This document shows positions 1-13,548 of a DNA stretch of 64,000 bases, one piece after another. Numbering within the stretch: the first letter of the stretch is position 1; the number at the start of each line of letters is the position of its first letter. The notes beneath the pieces are model-generated. The model saw only the letters and a program-made list of their open reading frames with translations, made no database searches and had not been told where the DNA came from. The stretch lies in contig NC_045697.1 of assembly GCF_009834535.1 (NCBI RefSeq), positions 18,912,001 to 18,976,000 of the forward strand, given 5' to 3'. The position numbers were made by a program, and so were the translations under genes. The DNA is from Camelus ferus. Taxonomy: Eukaryota.

Positions 1-1390
1 TTCTTAAATCTGGGATTGATATCTTTCTCCAGTTTTGGAAATCCTTGGTCATTATCTGTTCAAATATTTGTTCTGCCACATTTTTCTCTCTCCTTTCTTT
101 CTGAGGCTCCAATTTATTCATGTTATATATTTCACTGAGTTCCACTGATCTCTAGTATTCTTTTTATTTTGTATTATTTTTTTCCTTTGTGCTTCAATTT
201 GGTTATTTTCTTTTGATTTGCTTTCAATTCACTAATCTTGTTTTATGCTATTTTACATCTCTTGTTAAATCCATCTAATGAATTCTTATTTACATTTAGT
301 GTATTTTTCAGTTCTAAAATTTCCAGATAGTTGTCTTTTATTGATTCCAATTCTCAGGTAAAATTATCTGCTTTTCATCTACTTTGTCCAGTTTTTCTCT
401 TTTAAAAAATATAACTCGTAATTATTTTAAAGTCTTTGTCAGTTAACACTAATATCTGGATCACATATGGATCTCTGTCTATGGTTATTTTATGTTATTT
501 TCTCTTAGATTTTGTTCGTCTGATTTTGTCTGTTGGCATGCCTATTAATTTTTATTTGATGCCATTGAGTCTGAAAAATTGTAATGCCTCCTTCTGATAT
601 CTTTCGTTTTTTTCCCCCTTTGGATTTTTAAAATTTATGTTTTAATTGAAGTATTGTCAGTTTACAATGTTGTGTCAATTTCTGGTGTACAGTATAGTGT
701 TTCAGCCATACATGTATGTTGGGAGTTTGAGATTTGCTGATACCTTTCTTTATTGAGGGTTTACCCTCCTCTCTGCTGGGCAGATAGTCTTGTGACTGAT
801 TCCATTAATCCAGTTAGGAGTGTGCTGGGTTGAGGCTGAGTTTTACTTTCAGGCTTGCTCTTCGAATGGTTCTTTCCTGGCTCTCCTAAGTTTTCAACAA
901 ATAATTTGATAAATTCTAAGGATCATTTTCTCTCTTGGGTCCTGAACGCTAACGTTCTTCTTGTCAGACTGCTAAAAAACTTTTTTCACAGGTTTTCTGG
1001 TTAGGTTTTTAGTCTTCCACCCCACAGAGTTCTAGTGTTTAAAGAATTGCTTGAGAAAACTGGCCATGTGCATAAGATCTTAAGTCTCTGCCAAAGCTCT
1101 GCTTATTTCTCTATCCATCCTATGAGCCCTCCATCAGGCTTCATACTGGGTTTGACCTGATTCTTGGTTTTCTGTTCATGCTCAGAATAACGATCCCAGG
1201 GAAAACGTGGCTGCAGAAGGCAGTTTGTCTCACAGGATTTTTCCCTTTCTGTTCACTCCAGTTCTTGTTCTCTCAGCAACCCTCTTCTGTCCTCAGATGA
1301 TTGGATTTTTGTTTGCTTGTTTGTTTGGCTCTACTGTTTTTTCTACATAGGGATACTGACCAGCCACCAGCTCCTCCATACAACTTGGAA
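1..1390 (-). mobile_element. Ancient L1 (L1M-type) ORF1/5' region fragment
   Basis: T-rich antisense L1 text; 20-110 resembles the ORF1 region of the in-window L1 at ~9840-9930; right boundary approximate. Confidence 0.6.
606..736 (-). mobile_element. Short 5'-inverted (twin-primed) L1 3'-end insertion
   Basis: T-rich tail, antisense L1 terminus (ttaattgaagtattgtcagtttacaatg), then sense L1 3'UTR piece GGGAGTTTGAGATTTG; TSD CTGATAtCTTTC (594-605) / CTGATAcCTTTC (737-748). Confidence 0.75.
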
Positions 1391-2407
1391 ATACAGGGCC
1401 TGTTTTGTGAGGATTGAACAAGATAATATGCCTGGCACATAGTAAGTGCTCAGTAAATAGAAGCCTGAGTGTTCTTTAAAAGTTGGAATGAGGTATCACT
1501 CCTTTGTTAAAAACCCTTCAGTGCTTCTCATTGCCCTTAGAAAAATGTATAAAGTCCTTAATTAGGCCTAAAAGCTTGATAGCACTGTTCTTCACCCTCT
1601 ACCCTTCAGCCATGACTGTCTAAGTTTTATAGGTCTTCAGTAACCTCCCAGTTTAATTTAGGTACTCCTTTTTTGGTGATCCATAGTACCTGGAACTTTA
1701 GCTTTTGTATTATTTAAATGTTTGCCTTCCCCACTAAATCTGAGTTTCATGAAGGCAGGAAAAGACTGTGTCTGTCTTGGTCTACTGTCTTCTACACCTA
1801 GCATAATGACTGGCATGAGAAAGGTGCTCAGCATGTCTTTATTAAATGGAATAAATCTCAATTCTTCTTTTTTAATGTTCATTCTAACAATATATATATA
1901 TTGAGTACCAACTATGTGCTAGACACTTTGCTAGTGATAAAAGTTTTCTAAAAGCATTCTTACCTTAAGGAATTCAAAGTTTGATGTGGGACTCTGCTTT
2001 TCTTTAAAAATGTTTTTCTTTTAAATATTTCTTTTTATTCTGATTTGTAATCTAATAAGTTAATAACTATTTCTCAATTTTATAAGATAGCCTGAAGTTC
2101 CAGAAAGAAAACAGTAATGAGAAAACTGTTTTCAAAGCTTTTTGTATTTTAGAATTGCAAGTAAGAGATTCAAGACCTATATAAAATATAACTTTATTTG
2201 GAGATGACTGCCTTGAAGAAATATTTTTGTTCCTTTTTGTTTTGAACTCTACTTGTATTAATTCAATGTAATTATTTATTTGATTATTCAATAAGTGTTT
2301 ATTGAGTATTTACTATGTGTCAGGCACAGTTCCAGGCCAGGGGATACAACAATGAATAAAAATAAAGTTCTCCCCTCATGGAGCGATCATAGTGTTACAA
2401 ATAAATA

Positions 2408-2737
2408 CAGGTCCACAATCCCTTATCCAAAACCTAGGGGCAGATATGTTTTGGAATTCAGATTTTTCAAATTCTAGAAATTCATGCATATTTTGTATGT
2501 TATTTAGTATCTCTACCATTATCTTATATTACCTTGTAATTAAACATATTAATATTTATGCAGCAAAATGTATGAATTTTAACACTAAGTGTGATAAATA
2601 AGGGCTATAAATAGTCTCATATCAATTCAGGTCAGATCAGATTTTTGCCAACAAATGAGTACAAGTCAGGACAGATTTTGCCACCAATTCAGTAATGAAG
2701 AAAACTTTGGAATTTCAAATAAATGATTATGTATCTA
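2408..2737. mobile_element. Tigger-derived MITE (MER46C-like)
   Basis: TA|CAGGTCCACAATCCCTTATCC terminus, degenerate inverted end near 2718-2737; subfamily from recall. Confidence 0.6.
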
Positions 2738-4824
2738 TACATATAACCTCAGGCAGTTAATTGCCTTGCTGTAATAAAAAATAGAGCAGGGAAGGAAAAA
2801 TAAAGGCAGGGAAAGGAGATAGTTACATGGGAAACTCAAAAACATGTATTAGGCTGATTCTTAAGATAAATAAAATAAAAGATATATAATATTATAGATT
2901 CATATTTTTAAAAATATAATTATAAATCATTTAAAACTAATACAGTCTTGGGTTGAAAAATATGTAGTAACAACTTTGCTTTAGTTTATATCCAGTAGCT
3001 CAGACATTTAATAGAAATCATCTAACTCTTAAAAGCAACCTTACAATCAGCTTTGATAATATACTTTTAAACAATTGCCTGTTTGTTACATGACTTTAAA
3101 AATTTAATCAGTAGGGCATTTTTCCTGACACCAGCATTTTCTACACTGCCTTCATTTTGTCCAAGCATGTTCAGAAAGTGCTAGAGCCGTGTTGGCCCAA
3201 CTTAATTAGAAAAATAAAATCACATAGAATATTTTCAAAGCCAAATATGAATGATTTTCAGATTTTTCCCCTGCCACTAGCTCTTCTCTTTTAGTATTAA
3301 ACAGTGATTTTATTTTAATGTATCTTTTTATAAATTGAAGTTTAATTGTTTAAGATCTTAGTATAATAACACGGAATTTTGTGTTTCTGGAAAAAAGGTT
3401 ATGTTGTTTGATTGCTGAGTTTTCTTAAATTACAAAGACAGCCTACATCTTAAAACTGAATTTGCTAACTCATCCTCTAGACATTAGAGAGATAACCTAA
3501 TTCCAAATTTGATGTCTAGCACCAGATTAACATTGTTATTTTGTATCACACATTATTTGTGTTTAAAATGGATGTTGTGTAAGACCTCAAATGTTATTTG
3601 CATTCCATTAAGTGCTTGGTAAGTCTTGTTGCTCACATTGTTATTATAAATAATAGAATTGTGAAAGGAAGGAACCTGAAAGAAGATAGGCTTTGAAGAG
3701 AGAAGGAATAATATAGCTGATAGGATGTTGTCATGAGTCTAGAACCACAGAGCATTACAATGCTAGTGTTCCTTACTAAAAAAGTTAGGAAATCATATCT
3801 CAAATATTGTTTGTTTTTATTCATCATTATCAGAAATATGTACCATGAATAGAGAATTTAGAGATCATAAAAATGAGCGAAGAATCTGGCATTTATTTAT
3901 TATTTATTTTAGGGAAATGAAAATTAAATATGTTTACTTAAATAGATTCTAATTATATTTTCTATTAGGCATGGATGAGTAGACATATATTAGTATTTAA
4001 AGTCCTGTGCCATGATTAGAGCTTACTATCTTCTGTCTTTTTCTTCTCTCTAGGGTGGGATTTGGCATATATTAGAGGAAGCTCCATATGGAACTGCTGC
4101 AGTTGATACATAAATTAATAATTCAGTGACTCTTTGTGTTTGCTGTTAACCAGAGAGTGGTTTCATCTTTACCAATATCTGCCTAGGCTTTTTTCATGTC
4201 CTTTCATCTTGGAAAGTAAGACAGTGTAGAGATGAATTATAATGTACAGGATTACGAAATAAGGAACTTCTTGTCCCCACAGAATTTGTGTGCTTGAGGG
4301 ATTAGATAACTGTAGAAATGTGGGTTTGCTGTGTATAAGTAAGTATATCTCCTCATGTTTTATTTCTGTACTAAGTTGCTTAGAGAAGGTAATGTAGGGT
4401 TCTTGAATTAGATAAGGCCATGTTGAAATGAGAGGGAAAAGACTGATTACTAATGTTTCAGGCATAAAGTATATTGTGAGGGAGGCTAAGGAAGTAAAGA
4501 TGTGGAGTAAGGAGTGTAAGACAGCCAGTGCTGACAGAGAAGTGGATCAACTTGGCGGTGTCATCAGACGAAAACCAATGAGGGATCCATCCTCAGGTGA
4601 GAGGAACCAGAGTAGAGCTCGAATTATATGACACAGATTGGTTATAAGGCGTGGTCAGCTTGCACAGAGCCAACATTTCCAATTTGAAACTAAACTCATT
4701 TCTGGCTACAGTGTATGTCCACTGGGACTGCTACAGTTACAGAAACAAATCTGATCTACAGTTTTAGAAGGAAACAAAAATATTAGGAAGAAATGGACAT
4801 ACCCAATTCAACATTTTAAAAAAA

Positions 4825-5736
4825 TTTATTGAAGTAGAGTTGATTTACAATGTTTCAGGTATACAGTAGAGTGATTCAGTTATACATATATATTCTTTTT
4901 CAGATTCTTTCCCATTATAGGTTATTACAAGATATTGAATATAATTCTTTGTGCTATAAGTAGGTCCTTATTGTTTATCTGTTTTATATATAGTAGTGTG
5001 TATATGTTAATCCTCAATTACTAATTTATCCCCCTCTGCAACTTCCCCTTTGGTAACCATAAGTTTGTTCTCTATGTTGGTGAGTCTATTTCTGTTTTGT
5101 AAACAAATTCATTTGTATCATTTCTTTGGATTCCACATATAAGTGATATCGTATGACATTTGTCTTTCTCTTAGCATAATTTCTAGGTCCATCCATATTG
5201 CTGCAATTGGCGTTATTTCATTTTTTATGGCTGAGTAATATTCCATTATATATATACCACATCTGCTTTATCCATTCATCTGTCAGTGGACATTTAGGTT
5301 GCTTCTATGTCTTGGCTCTTGTAAATAGTGCTGTTGTGAACATTGAGGTGCATGTATCTTTTTGAATTAGTTTTCATTTTTTCCAGATACATGCCCAGGA
5401 GTGGGGATTGCTGGAACACATGGTAACTCTATTTTTAGTTTTTTAAGGAGCTTCCATTCTGTTTACCATAGTGGCTGTACCAATTTATATTGCCACCAGC
5501 AGTATAGGAGGGTTCCCTTTTCTCCACACCCTATCCAGCATTTATTATTTGTAGACTTTTTGATGGTGGCCATTCTGACTGGTGTGAGGTGACACCTCCT
5601 TGTAGTTTTGATTTGCATTTCTCTAATAATTAGTGATGTTGAGCATATTTTCATGTGCCTGATGGCCATCTGTATGCCTTCTTTGGAGAAATGTCTATTT
5701 AGGTCTTCTGCCCATTTTTTAATTGGGTTGGTTGGT

Positions 5737-5770
<34 letters not shown>

Positions 5771-8700
5771 GATGTTGAGTTGTATGAGCTGTTTATATAT
5801 GTTGGATATTAATTGCTTGTGGGTCATATTATTTGCAGATATTTTTTCCCATTCAATAGGTTGTCTTTTCATTTTGTTTATTATTCCTTTACTGTGCAAA
5901 AGCTCTTAAGTTTAATTAGATCCTATTTATTTATTTTTGCATAAGTTTCCATTACTGTAGAAGAAAGATCCAAAAAATATTGCTGCGATTTATGTCAAAG
6001 AGTGTTCTGCTTATGTTTTCCCTTAGGAGTTTTATAATGTCCAAGCTTACATTTAGGTCTTTAATCCATTTTGAGTTTATTTTTATATATGGTGTTAGAG
6101 AATGTTCTAATTTCATTCTTTTACATATAGCTGTCCAGTTTTCCCAGCGCCAACTTATTGAAGAGACTGTCTTTTCTCTGTTGTATATTCTTGTCTCCTT
6201 TGTTGTAGATTAACTGACCATAAGTGTGTGGGTTTATTTCTGGGCTCTCTATCCTGTTCCATTAATCTATGTGTCTGTTTATGTGCTGGTACCATACTGT
6301 TTTGATTATCATAGCTTTGTAGTATAGTTTAAATTCCGGGCACATGATTCCTCCAGCTCTGTTCTTTCTCAAGATTGTTTTGGCTATTCGGGGTCTTTTG
6401 TGTTTTTCATACAAATTAAAAAATTTTTGTTCTAGTTCTATGAAAAATGCCATTGGTAATTTGATAGATTACATTAAACCTGTAGATTGCCTTGAGTATT
6501 ATGGTCATTTTAACAATATTGCTTCTTCCAATCCAAGAACAGTGTATATCTTTCCACCTGTTTGTGTCATCTTCAATTTCTTTAGTCAGCATCTTACTGT
6601 TTCCTGAGTGTAGATCTTTTGCCTCCTTAGGTGGATTCATTTCTAGGTATTTTATTGTTGTTGATGAAATGGTAACTGGGATTGTTTCCTTAATTTTTCT
6701 TTCTGATATTTTGTTAGTGTATAGAAATGCAACAGATTTCTATATTGATTTTGTACCCTACAACTTTACCAAATTCAATAATGAGATTTAGTAGTTTTCT
6801 GGTGGTGTCTTTAGTATTTATCATGTCATCTGCAAACAGTGACAGTTTTACTTCCTTTGCAGTTTGAATTCCTTTTGTTTATTTTTCTTCTTTGATTGCT
6901 ATGGCTAGGACTTCCAAAACTATGTTGAATAAAAGTGGTGAGAGTGGGCATTCTTGTCTTATTCCTGATCTTAAAAGGAATGCTTTTAGCTTTTCACTGT
7001 TGAGTATGATATTAGCCATAGGTTTGTCATATATGGCCTTTATTATTTTCAGGTGTGTTCCCTCTGTGCCCACTTTCTGAAGAGTTTTTATTATAAATGA
7101 TTGTTGAATTTTATGAAAAGCTTTTTCTGTCTCTGTTGAAAGGATCATATGGTTTTTATCTTTCAGTTTTTAATTTGGTGTATCACCTTGATTGATTTGA
7201 AGATATTAAAAAATTCTTGCATCCCTGGGATAATTCTCACTTGATTATGTATATGATCCTCGTAATGTCTTGTTGGAGTTGGAGTTGCTAGTATTTTGTT
7301 GAGGATTTTTGCATCTGTGTTCATCATAGATGAGTTTTGAGTTGTCACAGAGATCTGTGAATTGTCAAGAACACTGGTTCACAACAGTGATTCTCAAGAT
7401 AGGATGGGGTGGGTGGGGTTGGTGACTGTAATTTTCTTTTTTTGTGATATCTTTGTCTGGCCTTCATATCAGGGTAATGGCCTCATGGATTGAGTTCAGA
7501 AGCATTCCTTCCTCTACAATTTTTGGATTAGTTTCAGGATAGGTGTTAACTCTCTGAATGTTTGGTAGAATTCAGCTGTGAAGCCATCTGTTCCTAGACT
7601 TTTGTTTGTTGGAAGTCTTTAGTGATTCAATTTCAGCAGTGGTAATTGGTCTGTTCATATTTTACATTTCTTTCTGATTCAGTCTTGGAAGATTGTATCT
7701 TTTTAAGAATTTGTCCATTTCTTCTAGGTTGTCCATTTTATTGGCATATAGTTGCTCATAGTAGTCTCTTATGTTCCTTTGTATTTTGGTAGTGTTGATT
7801 GTAACTTCCTTTTTCATTTCTGATTTTATTGATTTAGGCCATCTCCCTTTTTTTCTTGATGAGTCTGTCAAAAGGTTTCAATCAATTTTGTTTATGTTTT
7901 CAAAGAACCGGCTTTTAGTTTCATTGATCTTTTCTATTTTATTTTAGTCTCTATTTCATTTATTTCTGCTCTGATCTTTATGATTTCTTTTCTTCTGCTA
8001 ACTTTGGATTTTGTTTGTTCTTCTTTCTCTAGCTGCTTTAGGTGTAAGGTTAGGTTGTTTATTTGAGATTTGTCTTATATCTTGAGGTAAGCTTGTATCA
8101 CTATCAACTTCCCTCTTAAAACTGATTTTGTTGTGTCCCATAGGTTTTGGATCTTCTTGTTTTTGTTTTTATTTGTCTCTAGATATTTTTTCATTTCCTT
8201 ATTGATTTCTTCAGTGGTCCATTGGTTGTTTAGTAACATATTGTTTAGCCTCCACCTGTTCGTGTTTTTGCAGTTTTTAAAAATTGCTTTTGTAGTTTAT
8301 TTCTAATGTTATAGCATTATGGTCAGAAAAGATGTTTGATATGATTTCAATTTTCTTAAATTTATTGAGGCTTGCTTTGTGGCCCAGCATGTGGTCTATC
8401 CCAGAGAATGTTCCATGTGTACTTGAAAAGAATGTGTATTCTGCTGCTTTTGGATGGAATGCTCTATAAATATCAATTAAGTCTATCTGGTCTAATGTGT
8501 CATTTAAGGCCTTTGTTTGCTTATTGATTTTCTGTCCAGATCATCTGCATTGATGTAAGTGTGGTGTTAAAGCCCCCCAACTATTACTGGGATAATTCCA
8601 ATTTCTTTTTTATGTCTGTTAATATTTGCCTTTTATATTGAGGTGCTCTTATGCTAGGTGAACTATATGTACAATTGTTATATCTTCTTCTTGGATTGAT

Positions 8701-11330
8701 CCCTTAATCATAATGTAGTGTCTTTCTTTGTTCCTTGTAACAGTCTTTATTTTGAAGTCTATTTTGTCTGATATAAGTATTGCAACTCTGGCTTTCTTTT
8801 GGTTTCCATTTGCTTGGAATAACTTTATTCATCCCCTCACTTTCAGTTTGTATGTGTCTTCAGACCTGAAGTGAGTTTCTTGTAGGCAGCATATATATGG
8901 ATCTTATTTTTGTATCCATTCAGTCAGTCTGTGCTTTTGATTGCAGCATTTAGTCCATTTACATTTAAGGTAATTATCAATGTGTATGTTCTTATTGCCA
9001 TTTTGTTAATTGTTTTGGATTTGTTTTTGTGGGTATTTTTCACCTTTATTAGTTTGTTCTCTTGTGATTTGAAAACTATCTTTAGTGTTATGTTTGAACT
9101 CCTTTTTTCTCCTTTGTGTGTAAATGTATTATAGCTTTTCAGTTTGTTGTTACCATGAAGTTTTGGTAAAGCAGTCAATATGTATAAGTGATTGTTTTAA
9201 GTTGTTGATCTCTTAATTTCAAATATATTTTAAATACCCTGCATTTGTAGTTTCCTCTGATCACATTTACTGTTTTTGATGTCATACTTTACCTCTAATT
9301 GTTTTATATATCCCTTAAGTGCTTATTGTGGATACAAATGATTTTAACTACTTTTGTCTTTTAACCTCCTGACTAGTTTGTGTGTGGATGATTCCCTACC
9401 TTTACTGATGAGCTTTTCCATTTCATAATTTTTTTGTTTCAGGTTGTGGCCTTTTCTTTTCTGTGTAGAGAAGTTCCTTTAGCAATTTTTGTAAAGTGCT
9501 TTGGTGTGCTGAATTATTTTAGCTTTTGCTTGCAAGCTTTTGATTTCTCCCTCAAATCTGAATGAGGGCCTGCTGAGTAGAGTATTCTTGGTTGTAGGTT
9601 TTTCCCTTTTATCACTTTAAATATATTGTACCACTCCCTTCTGGTCTGCAGAGTTTCCTGCTGAAAAATCAGCTGATTACCTTATGGGAGTTTCCTTGTA
9701 TGTTATTTGTTGCTTTTACCTTGTTGCTTTTAATAGTCTCTCTTTAATTTTTGTCATTTTGATTACAGTGAATCTTGGTATGTTCCTCTTTGGGTTAATC
9801 CTGTATAGGACTCTTTGCACTTTCCGGACTTGGATGACTGTTTCCTTTCTCAGGTTAGGGAAGTTTTCAGCTATTATCTCTTCAAATGTTTTCTCAGGCC
9901 CCTACTCTCTCTCTTCTCCTTCTGAGATGCCTATTAGTATGCTTGATATTTTCCCAGAGGTTTCAAACTGTTTTTATTTCTTTTCATTCTTTTTTCTTTT
10001 TTCTGTTCTGTGGTAGTGATTTCTACTACTCTGTCTTCCAGCTCACTGATCCATTCTTCTGCATTATTTAGTCTACTATTAATTCCTTCCAGTGTATTTC
10101 ATTTCAGTTATTATATTCTTCAATTCTGTTTTCTAACTCTGGTAAAAATGTCTGTCTTCTTACTCTGTGAATCCATTCTCCTCCCAAGTTCTTTGATCAT
10201 CTTTACCATCATTACTCTGAACTCTTTCTTGGGTAGATTGCCTATCTCCAGATCACTTAGTTCTTCTGGGATTTTTATCTTGTTCTTTCGTCTGGAACAT
10301 ATTCCCTTGCCACCTCATTTTATCTAAATTGCTATTTGTATTGTAGTGTATGTGGTAGTTTAATTATGTTTATTGACCTTGGAGAAGTGGCCCTCTGTAG
10401 GAGATGCTCTATGCATTCCAACTGTGCACTCCTCTCTCCCTGGGGTCTGCTGGTCCCAGGGTAGGGACTGACCTGCATTTGTGGACTTCTTCCACAGGCT
10501 GTGGGATTGTAGTTTTCTTGCTTCTGGTGTCTTCCCCCTGGTAGGTGGAGCTGGGTCTTAGCTCGCTGGCAAGCAGGGCCATGTGTAGGGGCATGTCTAG
10601 AAATGGCTATAGGCTCAGGAAGGTGGAGCTGTGTCTCCACCCATTTAGATGTTTGGCCTGAGACATCCCTGTACTGGAGCCTGTAGGTTGTTGGGTGGGG
10701 CCAGGTCTTGGTGCTAATGACCCAAGATGTCAGCCTCCTGGAGAGTCTATACAGACAAATACTCCCCAATATGTCCACCACCATTGTATGTCTCCAGGGT
10801 GAGCCACAGCTCCCCACTGCCTCCCCAGGAGACTCTCCAAGACCAGCAGGTAGGTCTGGCCCAGGCTTCTATGAAATTACTGCTTTTGCCCTTCATCCTG
10901 GCACATATGAGATTTTGTGTATGTCTTTTAAGAGTGAGGTCTCTAATTCCCTCACACCTGTGGGGACAGCAGTTAAGCCCTGCTGACCTTCAAAGCCAAA
11001 TGTTCTGGGGCTGTCTCTTCCTGGTACTGGACACTCAGACTGGGGAGCCTGATGTTGGGCTCACTCCTGTGGGAGAACCTCTGCAATGTAATTATTCTCC
11101 AGTTTGTGGGTCACCCACCCAGGATGTCTGGGATTTGATTATATCGCAAATCCACCCCTCCTACTCATCTCATTGTGGTTTCTTCTTTATGTCTTTAGCT
11201 GTGGAAGATCATTTCTGGTAGGTTTCAGTCTTTTTCATCGATGGTTGTTCTGCAGTTAGTTGTGATTTTAGTGTGCGCGTAAGGGTAGGTGAGCTCAAGG
11301 TCCTTCTACTCCACCATCTTGGCCACTTTC
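4825..11330 (-). mobile_element. Near full-length degenerate LINE-1 (~6.5 kb: 5'UTR, ORF1, ORF2, 3'UTR), antisense in the intron before exon 2
   Basis: Minus-strand ORF2 peptides: [32 protein letters not shown] (RT region), [48 protein letters not shown] (C-terminal Cys-rich region), ITLNVNGLNAAIK (endonuclease start); GC-richer 5'UTR at ~10350-11330; many stops and frameshifts. Confidence 0.95.
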
Positions 11331-12246
11331 CCAACGTGTTTTAATTGAGCCTCTTTTTCTCAAGAATGAGAGAGGACTATGCCTTGTTTTTCTTTTTATA
11401 TTCAGCAACTGACATGTAGGTTTTCAATTAAATATTGAAAGAAGAATGCAAATGAATAGGCATATACTTGAGTATAACCATACTGAAAGGAAACAGCTGC
11501 AGTTGGAGAGTGCTTGGATGGCACTCAAAATGGGAAGATAGGAGTGAGTTCCCAATGTAGGAATAGCGAGAAGTCTAAGCAGAAGGTTCTGTTGTAAGGC
11601 ACTTCTAGAGAGATAAGTTGTATAAGTTGGGTGGGATAAGATTTTTAGAGGAGTGTAAATACCAGAATGAGTTTGTTTTTATTTTGTAGGCAGGAAAGGG
11701 GTCACTGAGGTCTTTTGAGGAGGGTGGAGACTTGAAAGTGGTTTTTAGGAGCAGTAGTCAGGCACTGGTGAGCAGGATAGATAGGAATGGGGGAGTTTTC
11801 CAACTTCATCCTCCGTTTTATTCCTTCCTGTGTTCTATTGGAACTGTGCTGTTCCACAGACTGAAGGAGCATAAGAACATTCCCACACTTTTGCTCAGCC
11901 TGTACTCCTCTGCTTCTCTTTTCCAGCTTCTTCAATTAGAGTTAATTGTTCCTTTCTCTATGGTTGATACCTCTGTTGTAACTAACATATTTTCTTTCTC
12001 ATAGTGAATTAGTTTTTTTATTGGCTATCTTCCTTTCTGAACTAAAACTCCATATGACAAGGACAGGGTCTTAATTCATCTTGTGTTCCCCATGGGGTTT
12101 TGCAGTTGTAAGTCTAAGAAATCTTTAGTGCAAATGCATTCATTGAAAACATGTTTTTGAAGTACTGACTATGTGACAGCTATTGTGCTGGATCTTGGGA
12201 TACAGAGATGAAAGACATGTGTCCTCTAGAAGCCTATAGTCTAGTA

Positions 12247-13548
12247 CAGTGGTTCTCAAAGTGTGGTCTGTGGACCCTTGTCTAAGACCCTTTCAGGTCA
12301 AAACTATTCCATATGATACAAAGACCTTTTTAAAAAAAATTGTGCTGACATTTGCACTGATGGTACAAAAGCAATGACTGTGGGTTTAAGTGCTGGTGTA
12401 TTAGCACAAATCAAGGAACTGGTACCAAACTGTGCTAATAGTCATTATATTCTTCACTATACACATTCACAGTTTCTGGAAAAAAAAAAAAAAAAAAGCC
12501 AGTTTCATTTGAGTGTACTTAGTGAAACAGTGAACAATTTTATTGAATTTCTTTTCTTAAATATACATTTTTTTAATATTCTGTTTTAGGAAACAGAAAA
12601 TATACATAAAGCACTACCACTATATATTGAAATAAGATGATTATCTAGAGGAAAAGCACTCCAGCAATTAACTGAGTTTCAGGAGTTACAGGCTGAAGCT
12701 GAACTGCTGGCTTGTTTTCTTTCTTTTTTTTTTTTTTTTTCTTTTCTCCTTCTTTTTTAGTGAAACAGTGTCTTTACTTACAAGAGTAAGCTACTGACAA
12801 ACTTATTCAGACTTGGATATTTGGCAGAAATTTTCTCTAAAATGAGCAAAGTGAGCTCATCACTCCAAAGAAACCATTATGTGTTGGCAGTGATAAAATT
12901 CAAGCTTTAAATTAAAATCAGATTCTGGAAAATTTGTATCAGTCACTGTGAATTTGATGGCTTCCCAATACTTAAAGTCTTTTCTGCTGATATGGGTGGT
13001 GATAATAACAAATATTACTTTTTAATATTGTTCAGTGGAATGTGTCCACTGCATCACTTAGTTAATATATTTGAAATGATCACTACATAATGTTACATAA
13101 TCAAGTATAGGCAGAGGATTGATTCAGAGTGCAATGTAGATCAATATATATGTATGTAATAAAATACGAAAACGTTATTGATATTCAGATTCCGCATTGC
13201 AGCTAATTTTTAGGACACTACTACTTGTCAAATTTTAGTGTACTATCAAAGGAGTATATCCACAGTGTCTGAAATGGATACTAAAATATCCTTCCCTTTT
13301 CCAGTTGCATATCTGTGTGACATTGATTTTCATATATATCAATCAAAACAACCTAGTACTATAGATGGAATATCACAACAGATTGAAGAATCCAGCTGTC
13401 TTCTAATCCAAACATCAAAGAGATTTGCAAAATGTAAAACAAGCCTTTTTTCCCCACTAATTTTTGTTTCTGAAAATAGTTATTTTAAATCAAAGTACTT
13501 AGGTTAATATATTGTTTATATTGTTATTTTAAAATGAGTTAACAAATA
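12247..13548. mobile_element. hAT-Charlie DNA transposon (Charlie1-like) remnant
   Basis: CAGTGGTTCTCAAAGTGTGGTC terminus; decayed transposase text (TGCACTGATGGTACAAAAGCAATG = CTDGTKAM; TATTTGGCAGAAATTTTCTCTAAAATG = YLAEIFSKM). Confidence 0.8.

Noticed and set aside
10332..11221. 161-aa and 164-aa ORFs
   Set aside because: They lie in the GC-richer L1 5'UTR with no recognisable domain; consistent with chance ORFs.
4825..11330. Active, retrotransposition-competent L1
   Set aside because: ORF1 and ORF2 are broken into many short frames, the 5'UTR is CpG-depleted, and only a degenerate possible TSD (caacatttt / caacgtgtttt) remains.
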